DNA of 63,081 bases, counting the filler, from Octopus bimaculoides (Eukaryota): the NCBI RefSeq assembly GCF_001194135.2. It is 4 parts of 4 records of this genome, joined end to end, with 100 filler letters (N's around TTAATTAATTAA, not from the genome) between each part and the next. Parts side by side here need not be neighbours in the genome. Positions count along the whole stretch, not along the records: positions 1 to 23,122 come from NC_068987.1; 3 more parts are not named here. The stretch is one strand, 5' to 3'. Each line of letters opens with the position of its first letter. Within the stretch, counting starts at the first letter, position 1. Below the pieces are notes generated by a model. It had not been told where the DNA came from. It saw only the letters and a program-made list of their open reading frames with translations, and did not search any database. The position numbers and the translations under genes are program-made. Below are positions 1-12,759 of this stretch, piece by piece.

Positions 1-515
1 GTGCATCTACGTCTGAGCGATAATCCTGTGGACCCTATGTAGTTCTCGTGGCAGCCCGAGCATCTTATTATATAAATAAGATTTTCTGAGGCACAAGTAA
101 AGTTAGATTTAACTTTGAATTTGTGTCCCTCTTTGAAGAGGAATTCTGAACCTTCTAGAATGTTTGGGCATGTTGCACAGTTTGGTCGACACCATTTTTT
201 TACTTTCGCATCTGTTGTTTCGGAAAATAATTTTGCCTTTGTGAAGATCTTTTTCAGTGATTTTGGTTGTTTGTGGATTTTGATGATTTTGTGTGTGTGT
301 AAAATTTCCTTTAATTTGGGGTCCTTATGTAGCATTAGTACGTTTTTGGTGATGATGGTGAAGGCTTCATTGTTTCTGGGGTTGTATGTGGATATGTACG
401 GCAGTATTTTCGGGGAATGTGTGTTGCTGTGTCTAACTTTTCTAAAGTTTTCTATGTTAATTTGTGATGCACATCTGGTTCCATCCTCTATGAGTTGAAC
501 TGGGTAGTGTCTGTC
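1..515 (-). mobile_element. Penelope-like element ORF: RT-EN linker plus GIY-YIG endonuclease N-terminus, running off the window edge
   Basis: Stop-free minus frame (about 170 codons), absent from the ORF track: ...LPYISTYNPRN...KQPKSLKKIFTKAKL...WCRPNCATCPNI...NFTCASENLIYIIRCSGCHENYIGSTGLSLRRRC. GIY-YIG (IY...YIG-x-T...L-x-x-R) with a Cys-rich linker. Confidence 0.9.
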
Positions 516-520
516 AATTG

Positions 521-752
521 TATGTATGTATGCATGTACGTGTGTGTATATGTTTGTTTGTCTGTGTTTGTCCCCAATATCGCTTGAAAACCGATGCTGG
601 TGTGTTTACGTCACCTAGCGGTTTGGCAAAATAGATCGATAGAATAAGTACTAGGCATACAAAGAATAAGTCCTGGGGTCGATGTCTCCGACTAACGGTG
701 ATGCTCCAGCATGGCCGCAGTCAAATGACTGAAACAAGTAAAAAAGAGAGTG
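521..752 (+). mobile_element. SINE family B, 3' half
   Basis: GT microsatellite then ...gatagaataagtactagg...aagaataagtcctggggtcgat...ctccagcatggccgcagtcaaatgactgaaacaagtaaaa, shared with copies at 18410-18785 and 23455-23665. Confidence 0.8.
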
Positions 753-756
753 ATAA

Positions 757-1565
757 GCTTCTGGCTTAAAATCAGAAACAGAAGGGTATATAATAACAGC
801 CCAATATTAATGCCTACCAGGCCCACATATTAAAGAACGGCAGTAGCCCAGCGTGTGTATGTAAACAACACAATGAAACCTATGATCATTTTGTCTCCAT
901 GTGAAGTCTTCTTGAGCCTACAAAGTATTACAAGAGACATGATAGAGCAGCATAATATATTCACAGGGTAATTTGCAAAAACTTGGACCTGCCCCATGTT
1001 AAAAACTGGTGAGAACACAAACCGACTCCAGTGCTTGAAAATGATCACAGAAATGTAGATGCGAAAAGGCCAGACATTATATTGAAAGACTTCAGTCAAA
1101 AATCATTCCTCCTCTTTGATGTGACAGCCCCAATCGATCTAAATGTGTCTGTCAAAACCTATCAAAACTGAGGAAGTATAAAGATCTTGAAATAGAAATT
1201 GGTAAAATATGGAACTTCAAGACTAATACAATACCTGTTGTAATAGGTGCCCTAGGAATGATAGCAAAAAGGGGCTGATTGCTACCTAGCTCAGATACCA
1301 GGAAACCCCAAAGTGGCAGAAATTCAAAAGATAGTGCACATGGGTACTGCCATATCCTACATAAAATACTGTCTATATAATCTGAAATTTTAAAACAAAC
1401 ATATTTTCTCATGTTTTCTTAAACATACTCTGGAACAATAGTGTGCAAAACCAAATATAATACAACCTAGACATAGCACCAACATGAACTTCTATCTTGC
1501 TGTCTCTTGAAGCTTGTGAGTGAGACTTGGAGTCAACTTGTACAAATACAAATTAAAAGACAAAC
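757..1565 (+). mobile_element. Degenerate R4/Dong-clade non-LTR retrotransposon 3' end (RLE domain plus 3' UTR)
   Basis: SGLKSETEGYIITAQ...RHDRAA...KRPDIILKD...LFDVTAPIDLNV...KLRKYKDLEIEIGKIWNFKTNTIPVVIGALG, with stops and frameshifts; followed by (AAT)n. Confidence 0.85.
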
Positions 1566-1780
1566 ATAATAATAATGATAATAATAATAATAATAATAAT
1601 AATAATATTAATAATAATAATAATAATAATAATGATAATAATAATAATAACAACAACAACAACAACAACAATAATAATAATAATAAAAACAACAACAACA
1701 ACAACAACAACAATAATAATAGTAATAATAATAATGATAATAATAATAATAATAATAATGGTAATAATGATAATAATAAT
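1566..1780. repeat. (AAT)n/(AAC)n microsatellite
   Basis: Directly visible; source of the poly-N/I/L ORFs. Confidence 0.97.
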
Positions 1781-2896
1781 GACTTCACATATATATGCTT
1801 GAGACTATACAAACATTTGCCGTTTGATTCATTAATCACCAAGACTCAACTATATCCGTCATGCCTAAGTGAGTATAAGTCGTTCCGATTTTTCAATGCA
1901 CTTTTGCGATTAAAAACACATTGAACTATGTGGAGCCATCAATAGAATTGTATCTCAGTTTTGTAAGTATTTGCTCTAACTTATTTGATCCCTGATGTGA
2001 TTGCTGAGGAAACTCTCCGGAATTTATCATGTATGAAACTAAGATAAGCTATATCGTTTTTACTGTAATTCCAGAAGATTCACATAACACAAATCATTTC
2101 TAAGTGGTTTTGTGAAGGTTTGTGGATCTTGCATGTAATCAATCACTCTCTCTCTTCTTTGTTTCTCCCTCTTACTTTCTCTTTCTCTCTCTCTGTTTCA
2201 CTCTCTTTCTCTCACTCTCTCTCTCTCTATCTCTCTCTCTCTCTCTCTATCTCTCTCTCACACATTCTTTCTCCGAAAGTGTTTGCAACTATTAGAAAAT
2301 GTGAGAGTATCGCATGTCAGTTTTCGATTCTGGTGTCTTTCCTTTGCTTCTTTAGAAAGCGGTATTCACTAATGGAGCTGAGCTATGATTAAAGTGTATC
2401 TAGCCCTGAGTATCCTTCTATTCAGAAAAGTATAAAGATTCTATTATCTCATATGTCTTCCATGCTTTTAGAAGTGTATAAGATGAGGATATTGTGCTTA
2501 CTATTTCTGTTTGGGCGAGCAACTGGAAATCGATTTCTTTGTTGACTAGGAAATTAGGAATGCATTATGTCTTTTAATTGACACTGGATATAGATTTAGT
2601 GGCATTCGAACACCGAAAATACTCAGACAAAAGGCATATTTGTTTCTATAATTCTATAATTCTAGTAATTTGGGCCTTGATCAACTTTGACCAAGCAGAC
2701 ATATGCGCCAAAACATTCCGGTCATGATTATTCCATCTGTTTTCAAATTTAATGCATGGAAGAATGCATAGCTGAATGTCACATTTAGATAGGCGTTGCA
2801 TGATGCCATATTGGTGTGAGAGCAGTTTGTTTGATTTTAGTCTAGTGCGTTACTGAGCAGAGCATGTTATCTCCATTAATATTTGATAATACTAAA

Positions 2897-3085
2897 GCAG
2901 TGAGCTGGATTGTTATCATCTCGGATAAAATACTCTTTGGAATTTCGTCCGTTTTTGCGTTCTGGTCGACTTTGCCTTTCATCCATTCTGATGAAATAAG
3001 TACCGACTGACCACTGGGATCAATATAACCGATTTACCCCATTTTCCGAACTCGTTGAACTTGTGTCACAATTTGAAACCAATAT
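2897..3085 (+). mobile_element. SINE family A, degenerate copy
   Basis: tgagctgg...ggtcgactttgcctttcatcc...aaataagtacc...tttgaaacc, as in the 3868-4094 copy. Confidence 0.65.
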
Positions 3086-3654
3086 TCGGTAATTCTGAAA
3101 AAGGGGGTTGCTATTTAGTTATGTCCTTTAACTTGTTGCGGTTAAAACATACCTGAGACAAAACCACGAACCATACCTTTCTTTTTGTTATAGATATTTA
3201 TGAATGATTATAGCATAATTCTATAGGTCCCGAACTTTACAAGGCTGCAACAAGTTTACAGTCGCTAGTGGAGGATATTTCACTTCACTTTATAGATTGT
3301 ATTCTTAGAAAAGCTATACTAGCCAGGAGCTGATAGAACTAACACAATGCAATACGAATTAATATGATTTATAGAACAACACATAATATACATATTGCGT
3401 TGACTAATATGAATATGTAAAGATAGCCGTTTTCAAGTAGGATATGCGGGAGTTGTTACTAAAGTAATGCATACGTGGGAAAAAATGACATAGAAGATTC
3501 AAATTGCACATGTTGATTAAATATATATATTTCTCTTTAGAAGCTTTTCTTCTTGTTCTCCTTCATTGCAACGGGCCATCATTAAGATCTAAACGAAGGA
3601 TGGGGTTCAGACTGTTTGATAGGCACAGAAAGTAGCAGGTTGTTACCATAGATA

Positions 3655-4660
3655 TCTGAAACGAGCAATATTCACAAATGAGTGACGAAGTTTAAAGAAA
3701 TGGAAGCCAGCATTGAAGATGAAGTAAGCAGCAAGTGACATCAACTGCAACCACTTACTGGTCAACGAATGGACGAATTGATTGAAGCAGACAGTGGAGT
3801 CACAGATCACGTGTTTGCTGCACAACTGGAGTGTGGGTACACTGCATGACAGAAAATCATTGAAGACGGCAAGCTGGCAGAAACGTTAGCACGCCGGGCG
3901 AAATGCTTAGCAGTAGTTCGCCTGCCGTTACGTTCTGAGTTCAAATTCCGCCCAGGTCGACTTGCCTTTCATCTTTTCGGGGTCAATGAATTAAGTACCA
4001 GTTACACACTAGGGTCGATGTAATCGACTTAATCCTGTTGTCTGTCCTTTTTTGTCCCCTTTATGTTTAGCCCCTTGTGGGCAATAAAGAAATAAGAAAA
4101 TCATTGAAGACATTGTGTATAGGAAAGTGAGTGAAATGAGGATAACTCAAGCGTGGAAATCTGTTCTGATCGGCGTGAATTAACTGAAACCAATGAAGAC
4201 GCATTCCTTTTCGATTTGGTAATAGAAGATGAAATGTGGCTGTTTTCTTATGATCCAGAAATAAAGGCTCAGTCCTGAATAAGTTACACCTCTTTCTGAA
4301 GGCCTAAAATTTTAAAGAGAAAAAGAACAGCATATAAATTCATGGTGACTGATTTTTCTTTTTTGGTAGGGATCAAGAATGCAGCATTCCTCTCGATATT
4401 CTGAAACGTGGCTGCATCTAAACACTGAGTGGTACATAGAGGTATTAAGAAGGTATTAGAAGATAATGATCAAGAACCTCAAAGCGATCCACATTCACTA
4501 TGACAGTGCGTGACCACACACGTATCTTTGCCCTCACAATCAGGCAATCGGCAAATTGTGCAGGTTAGTAGTCCTCTCTATACTCTGCCAAGAAGATCTG
4601 TTAATCTCCGACTTCCACATATTCGACACAATGAAGGACAGTCCTCGCAACCACATGTTA
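3655..4660 (+). mobile_element. Degenerate mariner transposase interrupted by a SINE
   Basis: KFKEMEASIEDE (HTH region), FLFDLVIEDEMWLFSYDPEIKAQS (GDETW/YDPE-like), IHYDSA*PHT (HDNARPH-like), SDFHIFDTMKDS (PSDFHLF-like). Confidence 0.75.
3868..4094 (+). mobile_element. Full-length tRNA-type SINE family A with 17-bp target-site duplication
   Basis: Box-A-like TGGCAGAAACG and box-B-like GAGTTCAAATTCC. AGAAAATCATTGAAGAC is duplicated at 3851-3867 and 4095-4111. Confidence 0.92.
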
Positions 4661-5691
4661 ACCAATCCGTGTCTTTATTTCCGATATAAGCCTCGTATTT
4701 TAATGGTGTATTTAGAGCAGATAAGGAAAATACCATATTTTTCAAAACCTCAGCTACTTGTTCAACATAAGAATACGGAAGAGTTATCATCAAGTCTGAT
4801 ACCTAGTCCAAATGAAGATTCTTATAAACGTGTGGCAGGTAATGTATTAAACCTACCAAAGCAATAAAAACGGTTTATGAAACGGGCTTGCGTGCATTCA
4901 TCGTTAACCAGTTTCATTCCCCAAAATTCGGTTGATCCGAGATTATGCTATAAACTGTTTCCTCCAGAAGTGAAATTGAAACAAAAAAAAAAAAAAACAC
5001 GTATTGTAGAGCAAACCTCTTTCCATAGAGCCATACATGTTTCCTTTAATTTTAGATATATTTATAAAACTGAGTCTTCAGATGCTATATATTTCCCATT
5101 TTTCTCTTCCAGAGAGCATGTTCCAAGATACTTTATTGATTTTACAAAATGTAACCCATCATAAATCAACACATCACTCCAATAATTTCATGAAAGACTG
5201 AGCAAAGAAGAGAACCTTTACATAGTCTCTCTGTTTATGAAAAATATATGTATTTAAGAGGAACATCTAATTTTCAAAAGAAAGTTATCTCTGGGCGTGT
5301 TAGTAAACGAGCTGCTATGCAGTTCCTTAGATTAGCGAGAGATAATTGCCAAAACTTCCTTAGATCAAATCCAAACATTGGATAGTGTATTCGTGGGTAT
5401 AGAAATGACAGGATGGTCATGACTTGAGATTCTACTATAAAATATCTGATCTGCGGCCAAACAAGCACAAATGGGGTAGTAATTTTTTTTTTAATTGCTT
5501 CTTTTCCAAGTAAATTAAATTACCCTGCTTAAACTACCAACTAAATAACATTATTTAAAACCTATGGAATCAGAAATTACTTCATTTTTTTCTCTTCGGT
5601 CCTCAAGACCCTACACAGAATAAAATATGGGGTGGCTTATTTCAATGGATATGATAGTTACTGTACCTACTTCAGTTTAAATATACTGCCA

Positions 5692-5751
5692 TTCTATATA
5701 ATATTAATTTATTCTATATTATATTAATTTATTCTATATTATATTAATTTA
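5692..5751. repeat. 20-bp AT-rich tandem repeat, about 3 copies
   Basis: attctatattatattaattt repeated. Confidence 0.85.
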
Positions 5752-6300
5752 TAGGCACATACTAGGATAATTAATAGCTTAAGTAATAGCTTAAATGGCC
5801 TTGACAGAGTACGTGGTTATATACTACCCATTGTGAAGTAAATCAGTATCTTTTTACATATCAGAGTTTCAGTTCTTCAATCAACATAATTTGTATTACG
5901 TATGTACAGGAATATTTTCACATATACTTTTGTTTTTACCATAACATTCAGAATTATTATAACAATAAGGCTGGGACTTGGAAACCTATGTAAGGTGGAT
6001 CTGACTGACTCTTACAATGCCTGCCATGTAATTTTCTCTTAAGGCGTAGGCTGAGTGGAAGTTTAAGTAGAAGTCAACATTTCACATAAACTCTATGAAA
6101 TTGTAGCTAATCACTGGATTATAAAATGTTTTATAAAATACATTTACGTTGCATAATCACACAAAACTTAACATACAAAAGCAAATTGAATGAAGGCTCT
6201 ACTGACAGAACTATCAGAAATTGCAGGTTATAAAGTGTTTATAGCAACATAGTCTCTTGGCGATACAGCCGTTTCTAATGCGATAATAATAATAGTAATA

Positions 6301-7093
6301 TAGAATTAATACATATCTAAATCTCTCAGAGAGATTTATGCAGTAGTGATACGATAGAGTAGTTGTATGCTGTCAACTCTGGATGCATGCTTAGCTGGGT
6401 GGAGGTGCTTGTCTCCCCCTTGTAAACATAAGGACACAGGAAATATGTAAAGGCCGACAGGAAGCGGTGCTGCTTTCTAGGGCTAAATAGCAGTAGTATT
6501 ATTCCCTTCACGGGACTGTCACATTAAGTTAACGGCGTACAACTACTTTATCGCATCATTACTGCATAAATCTCTCTGAGAGATTTAAAAATGTATTATT
6601 TCTATTTTTGAAATCAGGGAATGCATTTAACTAGAATTATTGTATGATTACAAGAGCTTGACAGGCATCTCCAACTAGCAGGGCATGCTGCTCCAGACTG
6701 ATGACGAGCAAAGACTCAGAAACTAGTCTCTGAATGTAGGCTTAGCTGGGTGAAGGTGCTTGTATCCCCCTTGTAAACATAAGGACACGAAAATGTGTCA
6801 AGGCCGTCAGGAAGCGGTGCTGTTTCCTAGGGCTAAATAGCAGTAGTATTATTCCCTTCATGGGACTGTCACATTAAGTTGACAGCATACAACTACTTTA
6901 GTATACAATCATTACAATCGTCCTTCCTCCACACCAACTCAAGAGAACATACGTACAATGTTACTAGAAAAAAATGAACGATCAATTGGATAACTCAGTA
7001 AAATGCTGTCAACTCTGGATGCATGCTTAGCTGGGTGGAGGTGCTTGTCTCCCCCTTGTAAACATAAGGACACAGGAAATATGTAAAGGCCGA
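6301..7093 (+). mobile_element. Penelope-type pseudo-LTR remnant: three direct partial repeats, an inverted terminal segment and a hammerhead-like motif
   Basis: Unit cttagctgggtggaggtgcttgtctcccccttgtaaacataaggacac recurs near 6390, 6741 and 7026. 6301-6378 is the reverse complement of about 6527-6604. HHR-like core at 6698-6728. Confidence 0.6.
6694..6732 (+). ncRNA. Candidate minimal type I hammerhead ribozyme (variant stem II)
   Basis: CAGA-CTGATGA-C-GAG-CAAAGA-CTC-A-GAAA-CTA-GTC^-TCTG. Stem I CAGA/TCTG, palindromic stem III ACTAGT, GUC cleavage triplet. The 10.1/11.1 pair is a C.A mismatch. Confidence 0.55.
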
Positions 7094-7189
7094 AATGTAT
7101 TAAGTGAGGGTATATGATTCAAATGTTCTTGTAAATCAATGATGTGGCGCAAAATGCATGGAAATTTCATTACTGTAATCCGATTACTG

Positions 7190-7800
7190 AGTAGGTTCAT
7201 AACCAGCTTTCAGAGAAGAAAATTTAAAGCTATCTTAACGCTTAACGGAATGTTAAGTTTCAGCAACTTCATCACACTTGAAGATAATATTATTTGGAGT
7301 ATTCCCTGAATAGGGGTTGACCCCAATTCATCTCATGTATTCTTAGGCAACAGAAAATGGAATGTAAGAATATTCAGGATATTTTTTTAATTATTGGAAC
7401 AAAGATTCATACCAGCCGAATCTTTCCGGGTGAGGATTAACAGGTTCATATGCTCATGTGTTTAAGCATTTTCAAGGAAAGGCAACAACGGGTTTATGAA
7501 CAGCTGAATATGTCGATGTAAACAGCATTGATTGCACTGCATGTCAGGCATCCAAGTGAATTGATTAGCATGCAGGGAAGTGTACTCCTTTAGTCACTAG
7601 AAATGTAATTCTTTATGCTCGGTCTTGTAAATATTATTAACATAACGTCCACATTGACTGTCCCCTGTACGGAAGAGATGGGTCAATCAGCAAGCTAGAA
7701 CATCCTTATCACGCAAGAAAATCTTCAACACAGAAGACATGGAGGAGATTCATTGAAGCAATTATGTGCAACTAACTGCACGGAAAAATAGAACAAAATG
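7190..7800 (+). mobile_element. Highly degenerate CR1-like RT remnant
   Basis: Weak motif echoes only: GVFPE*GLTPIHL (GVPQGSVLGP-like), RPH, QHRRHGGDSL (RRLRGDLI-like). Confidence 0.35.
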
Positions 7801-9633
7801 TGATTAAGAAATCATTGGAATTCGATGGAGAAATGTTGCAAAAAAGGAAAACAATTTAGAAATAAGGAATATTCAACAACAACAGTCAACAGATATTCCT
7901 GAATGGCAAAAAGAGGGGTGGGGATAGTTAATTAGAATCAATGCAGTTATGGTCAAATAGGTGCATAAAATCTGACGAGCTAATTCTTAACAATAACATG
8001 GATTCAACCTTTGAATATTGTGACATCCAAAAACAATAAATCTGATGTCGTCTACCAAATGCGTAACATTTCGGACCAGTATATAATGAATCAAATATTG
8101 TAAAAGTAAGCTTGAAAAAGAAATTCGTGTAATTCAAAGATATGTTACTCCTTGAATCATCCCCACAAAACGTGACAGCATTTGTTTTAGTTTTAATGTT
8201 GTATCAAATATATGAGCTATAAATTCGAGATCAGCTACCATACTAAAATTTTTACCTTAGAGGACATTGTGCTATGAATGATTCTGGAAGAATTTAGCGA
8301 CTAAGGAAAGAATGCACCCGCCTCCCAGTTTTGTTAAGAGTAATAGAGATATTGATTTAAGAATTGTCTCTTTCGACCTCTTGTGCTCTATTTTAGTCTG
8401 GACACTCTCTTGCAACACCTGTTTTAATTCACTTATTACCGTTTAAATTTCCGATAAAATGTGGATAGTGAACATTGAGTAGAAGCTAAGCAAAGGTACA
8501 TAATATTTTAAGGAAGAATAATACATTTGTCGGCAGAGTCATATTGAATTATGTGTGATGTGTTAAGAAGGAATTTTTTATGAGTAATTTGATTGCGTAG
8601 AAACCTGATAGTGCTAGGTTAAAATACATATTTATCGTTATTTGGTCGTATATTAGATTTACGGGAACATTTTATGAATTTTGGAGTTTTTCTTTTGTTT
8701 GCCTTGGTTCGATAGCGTTTGTTTAATCTATTCCCTTCAATTCCAGTATAATAAAACTGCTATTTCATAATTCCTAGTTCACTATCTCACAAAAGAATAG
8801 AACATATTTTAGATAGATGAATTTTACTTTGGGCAGAGCGCAAACCAAAATTTCTAGTAAGGGAACCATCAACTACAAATTGCACATTTATCAGAGCCGT
8901 TTTTGCTCAGATATGATTATAAACATACACACGCGTACACACGTACATACATCTGTATATTCACACATATATGCATTTATGTATAATTATATATATTTAT
9001 ATATGTACATACGCACACGCATGTATATATACTTATAATATATATTTGTATACATACATAGATATATTCACAAACACATTTATATTTATGTATATACTCA
9101 TTTATATATGTGCGCCTATAGATGTATGCTTTTATGCTTACATGGGCACATATACAACAAATGCATATGTATACATGTGTGTGTGTATGTGCATGTGTGC
9201 ATGCGTGAGTGCGTGTTTGTGTGAGTATAATTGTGTGTAAATGTTGAAGCCGTATGAAATTTGAAAATTATAAACGTTAGATTTGGGGTTTCATTTTTGA
9301 GGGTGAATTTATCCGCCTATTTATGCTTAAGAAACTATAACCTGCTATGTTATGAAAAATTATCTACACCTTAATTTACATATGAGTAGGTTCATAAAAA
9401 TACCCTGCAAAACAAAGAAATTACAATTCCGGCTTTTATGATTAAATCTAATTTCATGGTCAAAATTTGATAGTTTTTATTTTTATTTTGTGGTTTCAAA
9501 GCTTCTTGTCTGCTGTACGAGATAGGTGCTTCGATTGGTGTGTGTGATTTTGTCCACGTTTTCAGGTTAATGGTTAAAAGTATCTGCACACACCTGGTAT
9601 TATATAAGCTATTATTTAAAATCTGAATATGAG

Positions 9634-9800
9634 AAGGCAGTGTGCGGGCAGATTCTTTAGCATGCCGAGGAAAACGCTTTGCGGTATTTCGTCCGCCCAT
9701 ACTATCAGAGCTGAAATTCTGCCGAGTTTGACATTGCGTTTCATTCTTTCGAAGTCGATAAAATAAGTACCAGCCGAGCACTGGGGTCGATGTAGTTGAT
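9634..9800 (+). mobile_element. SINE family A, degenerate copy
   Basis: gcggtatttcgtc...gtcgataaaataagtaccag...ctggggtcgatgta. Confidence 0.7.
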
Positions 9801-10639
9801 TTAAACGCCATCCTCGATTTAAACGCCATAATTTCTTTCAACAGGAATGAGTTATTTTAAAACTGATAACAACATCTCTTTCGAAATGCATAAGTTAGAC
9901 TAGTGCAAAGCGTGCCAAATACCACTGCTAAAAGAAAATGTACTTGGGGAATAAGAGATGACAAATTCGAAGACAGACTCCTTCGATGAAAATTCGAAGA
10001 CAGTCTCCTTTATTAACGTAGTTAGTTAACATTTTATATCATGGTCCCTTTGCATAAATGTAGCTAATATGAACAAAGGACAAATCAAACTATCTGGAAT
10101 ACACACATATTGTGCACCTTACGCACTAAACAACATGCAGACTAAGATGAGAACTGTGAACAAATTTACTCGGCCATTGCTAAAATGTATTCCTCGTAGA
10201 CGAAAATATATTTATTCCACTGGTAGACGAAAATATAACCTATAAGTTCGATAGGTCATATTTTCGTCTTTCTGTATTTGTCAGCATCCATCCTCACCAG
10301 TTTAATATTATGTAGGATTCGCTTTAGTAAACGAAGATGTAACCAGTTTTACTGTTACCAATAATTGTAAGAGTGAACTGTTATCGATACATGCGTAAAC
10401 AAACAAACACATACTAGTACATGTGCAAGCATAATACCCATAATACTTATAAATATTGGCATAACTACAACGCTAGAGTTTCAAACCTCTAGAGAACATG
10501 TTAAATACAGTATTCTTGAGATGAATAGGATTCGAGTGAAGGGTTACTTTCTCAAGAAAGCATTTTATTTGACCACGTCCATTCCTTTACTATCAAAGTT
10601 AAAAATCGTCGAACAGAGATGCTGTGTATTTGCTATATA

Positions 10640-10780
10640 AGAATGTGTGCGTGCGTATGTATGTATGTATGTATGATGTATGTATGTACGTGTGTATACA
10701 CTGATACACGCAGTCACGCACGAACATATGTATGCATATGTATATACATACATACACACACACACATATACACACACACT

Positions 10781-10859
<79 letters not shown>

Positions 10860-10995
10860 TCTCTCATATTTATACACGCAACATATATGTATATATATAT
10901 ATATATATATATACACTCTAATATTTATACACGCAACATATATGTATGTATATATATATATATATATACAAACATATACATAAGGGCGTATGTAT
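10640..10995. repeat. Compound (TATG)/(CA)/(TA) microsatellite block
   Basis: Directly visible. Confidence 0.95.
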
Positions 10996-12217
10996 ATAGA
11001 CACATATTTGCTGTACATTTTATTTTGTAACCCAATCTCTACATTCCATTGTATTATCTTTGTTTCGTAAGTTTCAATATCCGTAAGTTTTTCGTTTAAG
11101 TAGCTTTCTATAAACTATCGTATCGTTTTGCTAGTCTCAATTGTTATTCCGTCGACGGGAAATTTATATTCATATTGAAAACAAAAAGAGAGTAGCTCGT
11201 ATCGTCTTAAACACTTTGGATACTTAATTCTGAAAACTGTCCGAATGCATTGCGGCATTTAATATTGTATATCGTAATTCTTTTTTTTCTTTTCTTATTT
11301 CATTTTTATATATATAATTGTACTAAATACAATGAATGGACTGTCAAAACAAATGATATAACAGTTTCTGAAACTATATATATATATATATATATATATN
11401 NNNNNNNNNNNNNNNNNNNNNNNNNNNNNNNNNNNNNNNNNNNNNNNNNNNNNNNNNNNNNNNNNNNNNNNNNNNNNNNNNNNNNNNNNNNNNNNNNNNN
11501 NNNNNNNNNNNNNNNNNNNNNNNNNNNNNNNNNNNNNNNNNNNNNNNNNNNNNNNNNNNNNNNNNNNNNNNNNNNNNNNNNNNNNNNNNNNNNNNNNNNN
11601 NNNNNNNNNNNNNNNNNNNNNNNNNNNNNNNNNNNNNNNNNNNNNNNNNNNNNNNNNNNNNNNNNNNNNNNNNNNNNNNNNNNNNNNNNNNNNNNNNNNN
11701 NNNNNNNNNNNNNNNNNNNNNNNNNNNNNNNNNNNNNNNNNNNNNNNNNNNNNNNNNNNNNNNNNNNNNNNNNNNNNNNNNNNNNNNNNNNNNNNNNNNN
11801 NNNNNNNNNNNNNNNNNNNNNNNNNNNNNNNNNNNNNNNNNNNNNNNNNNNNNNNNNNNNNNNNNNNNNNNNNNNNNNNNNNNNNNNNNNNNNNNNNNNN
11901 NNNNNNNNNNNNNNNNNNNNNNNNNNNNNNNNNNNNNNNNNNNNNNNNNNNNNNNNNNNNNNNNNNNNNNNNNNNNNNNNNNNNNNNNNNNNNNNNNNNN
12001 NNNNNNNNNNNNNNNNNNNNNNNNNNNNNNNNNNNNNNNNNNNNNNNNNNNNNNNNNNNNNNNNNNNNNNNNNNNNNNNNNNNNNNNNNNNNNNNNNNNN
12101 NNNNNNNNNNNNNNNNNNNNNNNNNNNNNNNNNNNNNNNNNNNNNNNNNNNNNNNNNNNNNNNNNNNNNNNNNNNNNNNNNNNNNNNNNNNNNNNNNNNN
12201 NNNNNNNNNNNNNNNNT

Positions 12218-12610
12218 GATCACGAGCAGAAGTAGTGGGGGAGCATCATACCCATGTGTTGAGAGGAGTTCTTTGGGGTTTGAATAATTCACCTTTGGAG
12301 ACATGGGTGTTTTGCTCAACATCCTTAAACAAACCTTATTCAGGGACCTTTTGAGCGGGATGGGCTACTCGACCTGAAAAAAATTCTAACTGGGCCCCAC
12401 CTGCGAGGTCATGCACTGTTTATTTTGATATGAGATCATCATGTCGCGCACGTATGGTTGTGATGCATGTGCCTGGTGTACCCTTATCAGACGGGTAGTC
12501 CTGATGGGTATATTGGGCTTTGTATATTTTACCCCAGTGTCACTTTGATGGCATGCACTGCTCTGTCACTCAACAATAATAATAATAATAATAACAATAA
12601 TAACAATAAA
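12218..12610 (+). mobile_element. Unclassified interspersed repeat (family X) ending in (AAT)n
   Basis: Reverse-complement homologue at 55586-56415 (shared ctaactgggccccacctgc, acgggtagt, ttttaccccag, cactttgatggcatgcact). Confidence 0.7.
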
Positions 12611-12759
12611 TGATGATTCTTTCATAGGCAAAATAATTTGTGAAAATTATCTATTATCCCCTATACAAAATTCTCTGATGCAAATCGCATATCTCGACTA
12701 ATAGGTTGCAGTGAGTGCTTAAAAAGCTAGTTATTTTTTAGTCCTTCTTCAGTGCAAGA

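Noticed and set aside
1492-1924. Poly-L/N/I ORFs, and similar low-complexity ORFs at 10565-11030, 34459-34978, 55526-55908 and 62760-63028
   Set aside because: Translations of microsatellites.
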